Below, in pieces: positions 28,073-29,191 of a stretch of DNA of 29,191 bases. The stretch's first letter is position 1; each line of letters opens with the position of its first letter. A program made the translations under genes and the position numbers. Source of the DNA: Oligoflexus sp. (GTDB lineage Bacteria; Bdellovibrionota_B; Oligoflexia; Oligoflexales; Oligoflexaceae); NCBI GenBank assembly GCA_041736305.1, contig JBGSTX010000325.1, positions 1-29,191 on the forward strand. Reading direction: 5' to 3'. The notes beneath the pieces were generated by a model, which saw only the letters and a list, made by a program, of their open reading frames with translations, was not told the origin of the DNA and ran no database searches.

Positions 28073-28100
28073 TTGCGGCCCTGACTGAAGCTGCTAGTCT
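28073..28100 (+). promoter_or_regulatory. Possible sigma70 promoter for the Tim44-domain gene
   Basis: TTGCGG, a 16 nt spacer ending TGc, then TAGTCT. AGGAGG RBS at 28119-28124. Confidence 0.35.
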
Positions 28101-28135
28101 ATATAAATGAAACAGCTCAGGAGGTCCTAATTTAA

Positions 28136-29047
28136 ATGAAAAACCGAATTAGAATATTGATACGTGCCTTGCTCGTCTTCTTTACTTTGGGTATGGCTGC
28201 AGAAATTTACGTTTCACAAGAAGCCTTCGCACGGGCTGGAGCCAAGCGTTCAATGGGACGGCAAATGCCTAGTTCGCAGCGGACTGCGCCACCACCTCAG
28301 CAGTACAATGGAGCTCCATCTCAGCCGCAAAAAGGCGGCTTTATGAAGGGATTAGCAGGAGGCATAGCTGGTGGTTTTCTGGGCAGCATGCTTTTTAGTT
28401 CTCTGGGTCATGCCGGTGTTGGCGGATCTGGCGGAGGAGGCGGAATTGGTCTCATCGAGATCCTTCTTTTAGCTGGACTGGGCTATCTCCTCTATAGGAT
28501 GTGGAAGAATCGTCAGTTGCAAACAGCTGGCGGAGCACCTAGTTCAGGTTTAGGAGCTGGAGGCTCAACATGGCAGAAGCAGTGGGCTCCGCAAGCGGGC
28601 TACGGCAACAATACCGGAGCCTTTGCGCAAAGCCTAAATCCGACAAGCCCAATCACGAGTGAGGAAGCTAGCGACATCTTTTTTCGCATCCAGGCCGCCT
28701 GGACTAGGCGTGATTTGGGTTCGGTAAGGCATTTGCTAGGCTCTGATATTTCGCGGACCCTTGACGACGACATAAGCGTATTGAAGCGTGATCAGCGGAT
28801 CAATCGCCTCGAGAATATCTCGATCAGACAGGTTGATGTTCGCGAATCTACCCAGGAAGCCGGTGAGGATTTGACTCGCGTCCGCTTTGTGGCGAATCTA
28901 CTCGATTACACTGTCGATGAATCGAGTTCCAAGGTCCTCGAAGGCAGTGATACTGAACCCGTTAAGTTTGAAGAAGAGTGGATTTTTGGACGCTCGAGCT
29001 CCAACCCAAGCGAAGCTTGGAAGCTCGTTGGTATCCAGCAGGTTTAA
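28136..29047 (+). CDS. Tim44 domain-containing membrane protein
   Basis: Signal ..AFARAG..SMG, Gly-rich GLAGGIAGGFLGSMLF, and a TM helix. C-terminal F.RIQAAW...DL, V.F, F.E.W.F and W.L.GIQQ match bacterial Tim44-like proteins. Confidence 0.88.
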   Translation: MKNRIRILIRALLVFFTLGMAAEIYVSQEAFARAGAKRSMGRQMPSSQRTAPPPQQYNGAPSQPQKGGFMKGLAGGIAGGFLGSMLFSSLGHAGVGGSGGGGGIGLIEILLLAGLGYLLYRMWKNRQLQTAGGAPSSGLGAGGSTWQKQWAPQAGYGNNTGAFAQSLNPTSPITSEEASDIFFRIQAAWTRRDLGSVRHLLGSDISRTLDDDISVLKRDQRINRLENISIRQVDVRESTQEAGEDLTRVRFVANLLDYTVDESSSKVLEGSDTEPVKFEEEWIFGRSSSNPSEAWKLVGIQQV

Positions 29048-29095
29048 GTTCTTCTGGCACTTCAGGTGATTCCTCCAAAAGCAATAACCAAAAGC

Positions 29096-29130
29096 AAGGG
29101 CCCGCTTTCAAGATAAGCAGGCCCTTTTTT
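29096..29130 (+). terminator. Rho-independent terminator after the Tim44-domain gene
   Basis: AAGGGCC-c-GCTT, loop, AAGC-a-GGCCCTT, followed by a T run. Confidence 0.75.
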
Positions 29131-29191
29131 GATTTAGATTTCACGGGATCATCTTAATGGAGACCACTAGGCCTTGATTTACCTGCTAAGC

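Noticed and set aside
27770-28135. 70 aa minus-strand ORF or an ncRNA in the protease-Tim44 gap
   Set aside because: No RBS, no recognisable protein motif, and no riboswitch or tRNA-like structure that I can support.
29075-29097. Direct repeat CCAAAAGCAA x2 as a possible CRISPR or att site
   Set aside because: Only two 10 bp copies 3 nt apart, with no spacers, cas genes or integrase.

Overview
Gene-dense bacterial chromosomal window with about 22 credible CDS. I see no rRNA, tRNA, CRISPR array or mobile element. The many lipoproteins and secreted hydrolases suggest a Bdellovibrionota/Oligoflexia- or myxobacteria-like organism, but this is only an inference. The left part encodes a spinster-like MFS transporter, a Ski2-like helicase, a Tat-exported cholesterol oxidase, a class 3 lipase, an alpha/beta hydrolase, a VWA lipoprotein and the frmA-fghA formaldehyde detoxification pair. 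The middle encodes a CxxCH protein, a GT4 glycosyltransferase, a lipoprotein with an apparently circularly permuted C-type lectin domain, and a degenerate-DEDDh/GIY-YIG fusion. The right end encodes an orphan histidine kinase, a serine protease and a Tim44-domain protein. The standout is a tightly coupled 7-gene minus-strand operon (about 25216 down to 17676). In order it encodes an atypical SDR, a luciferase-like flavin monooxygenase, a class 3 (Rhizobium etli-type) asparaginase homologue, 2-aminomuconate semialdehyde dehydrogenase, the 2-aminophenol 1,6-dioxygenase beta subunit, the alpha subunit fused to 2-aminomuconate deaminase, and kynurenine formamidase KynB. It lacks kynU, kmo, 3-HAO and ACMSD. 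The gene set fits a tryptophan catabolic route I do not know to be described: Baeyer-Villiger oxidation of kynurenine to a beta-aspartyl-2-aminophenol, hydrolysis to L-Asp plus 2-aminophenol, then meta-cleavage. That route is a hypothesis from gene content, not a demonstrated activity.
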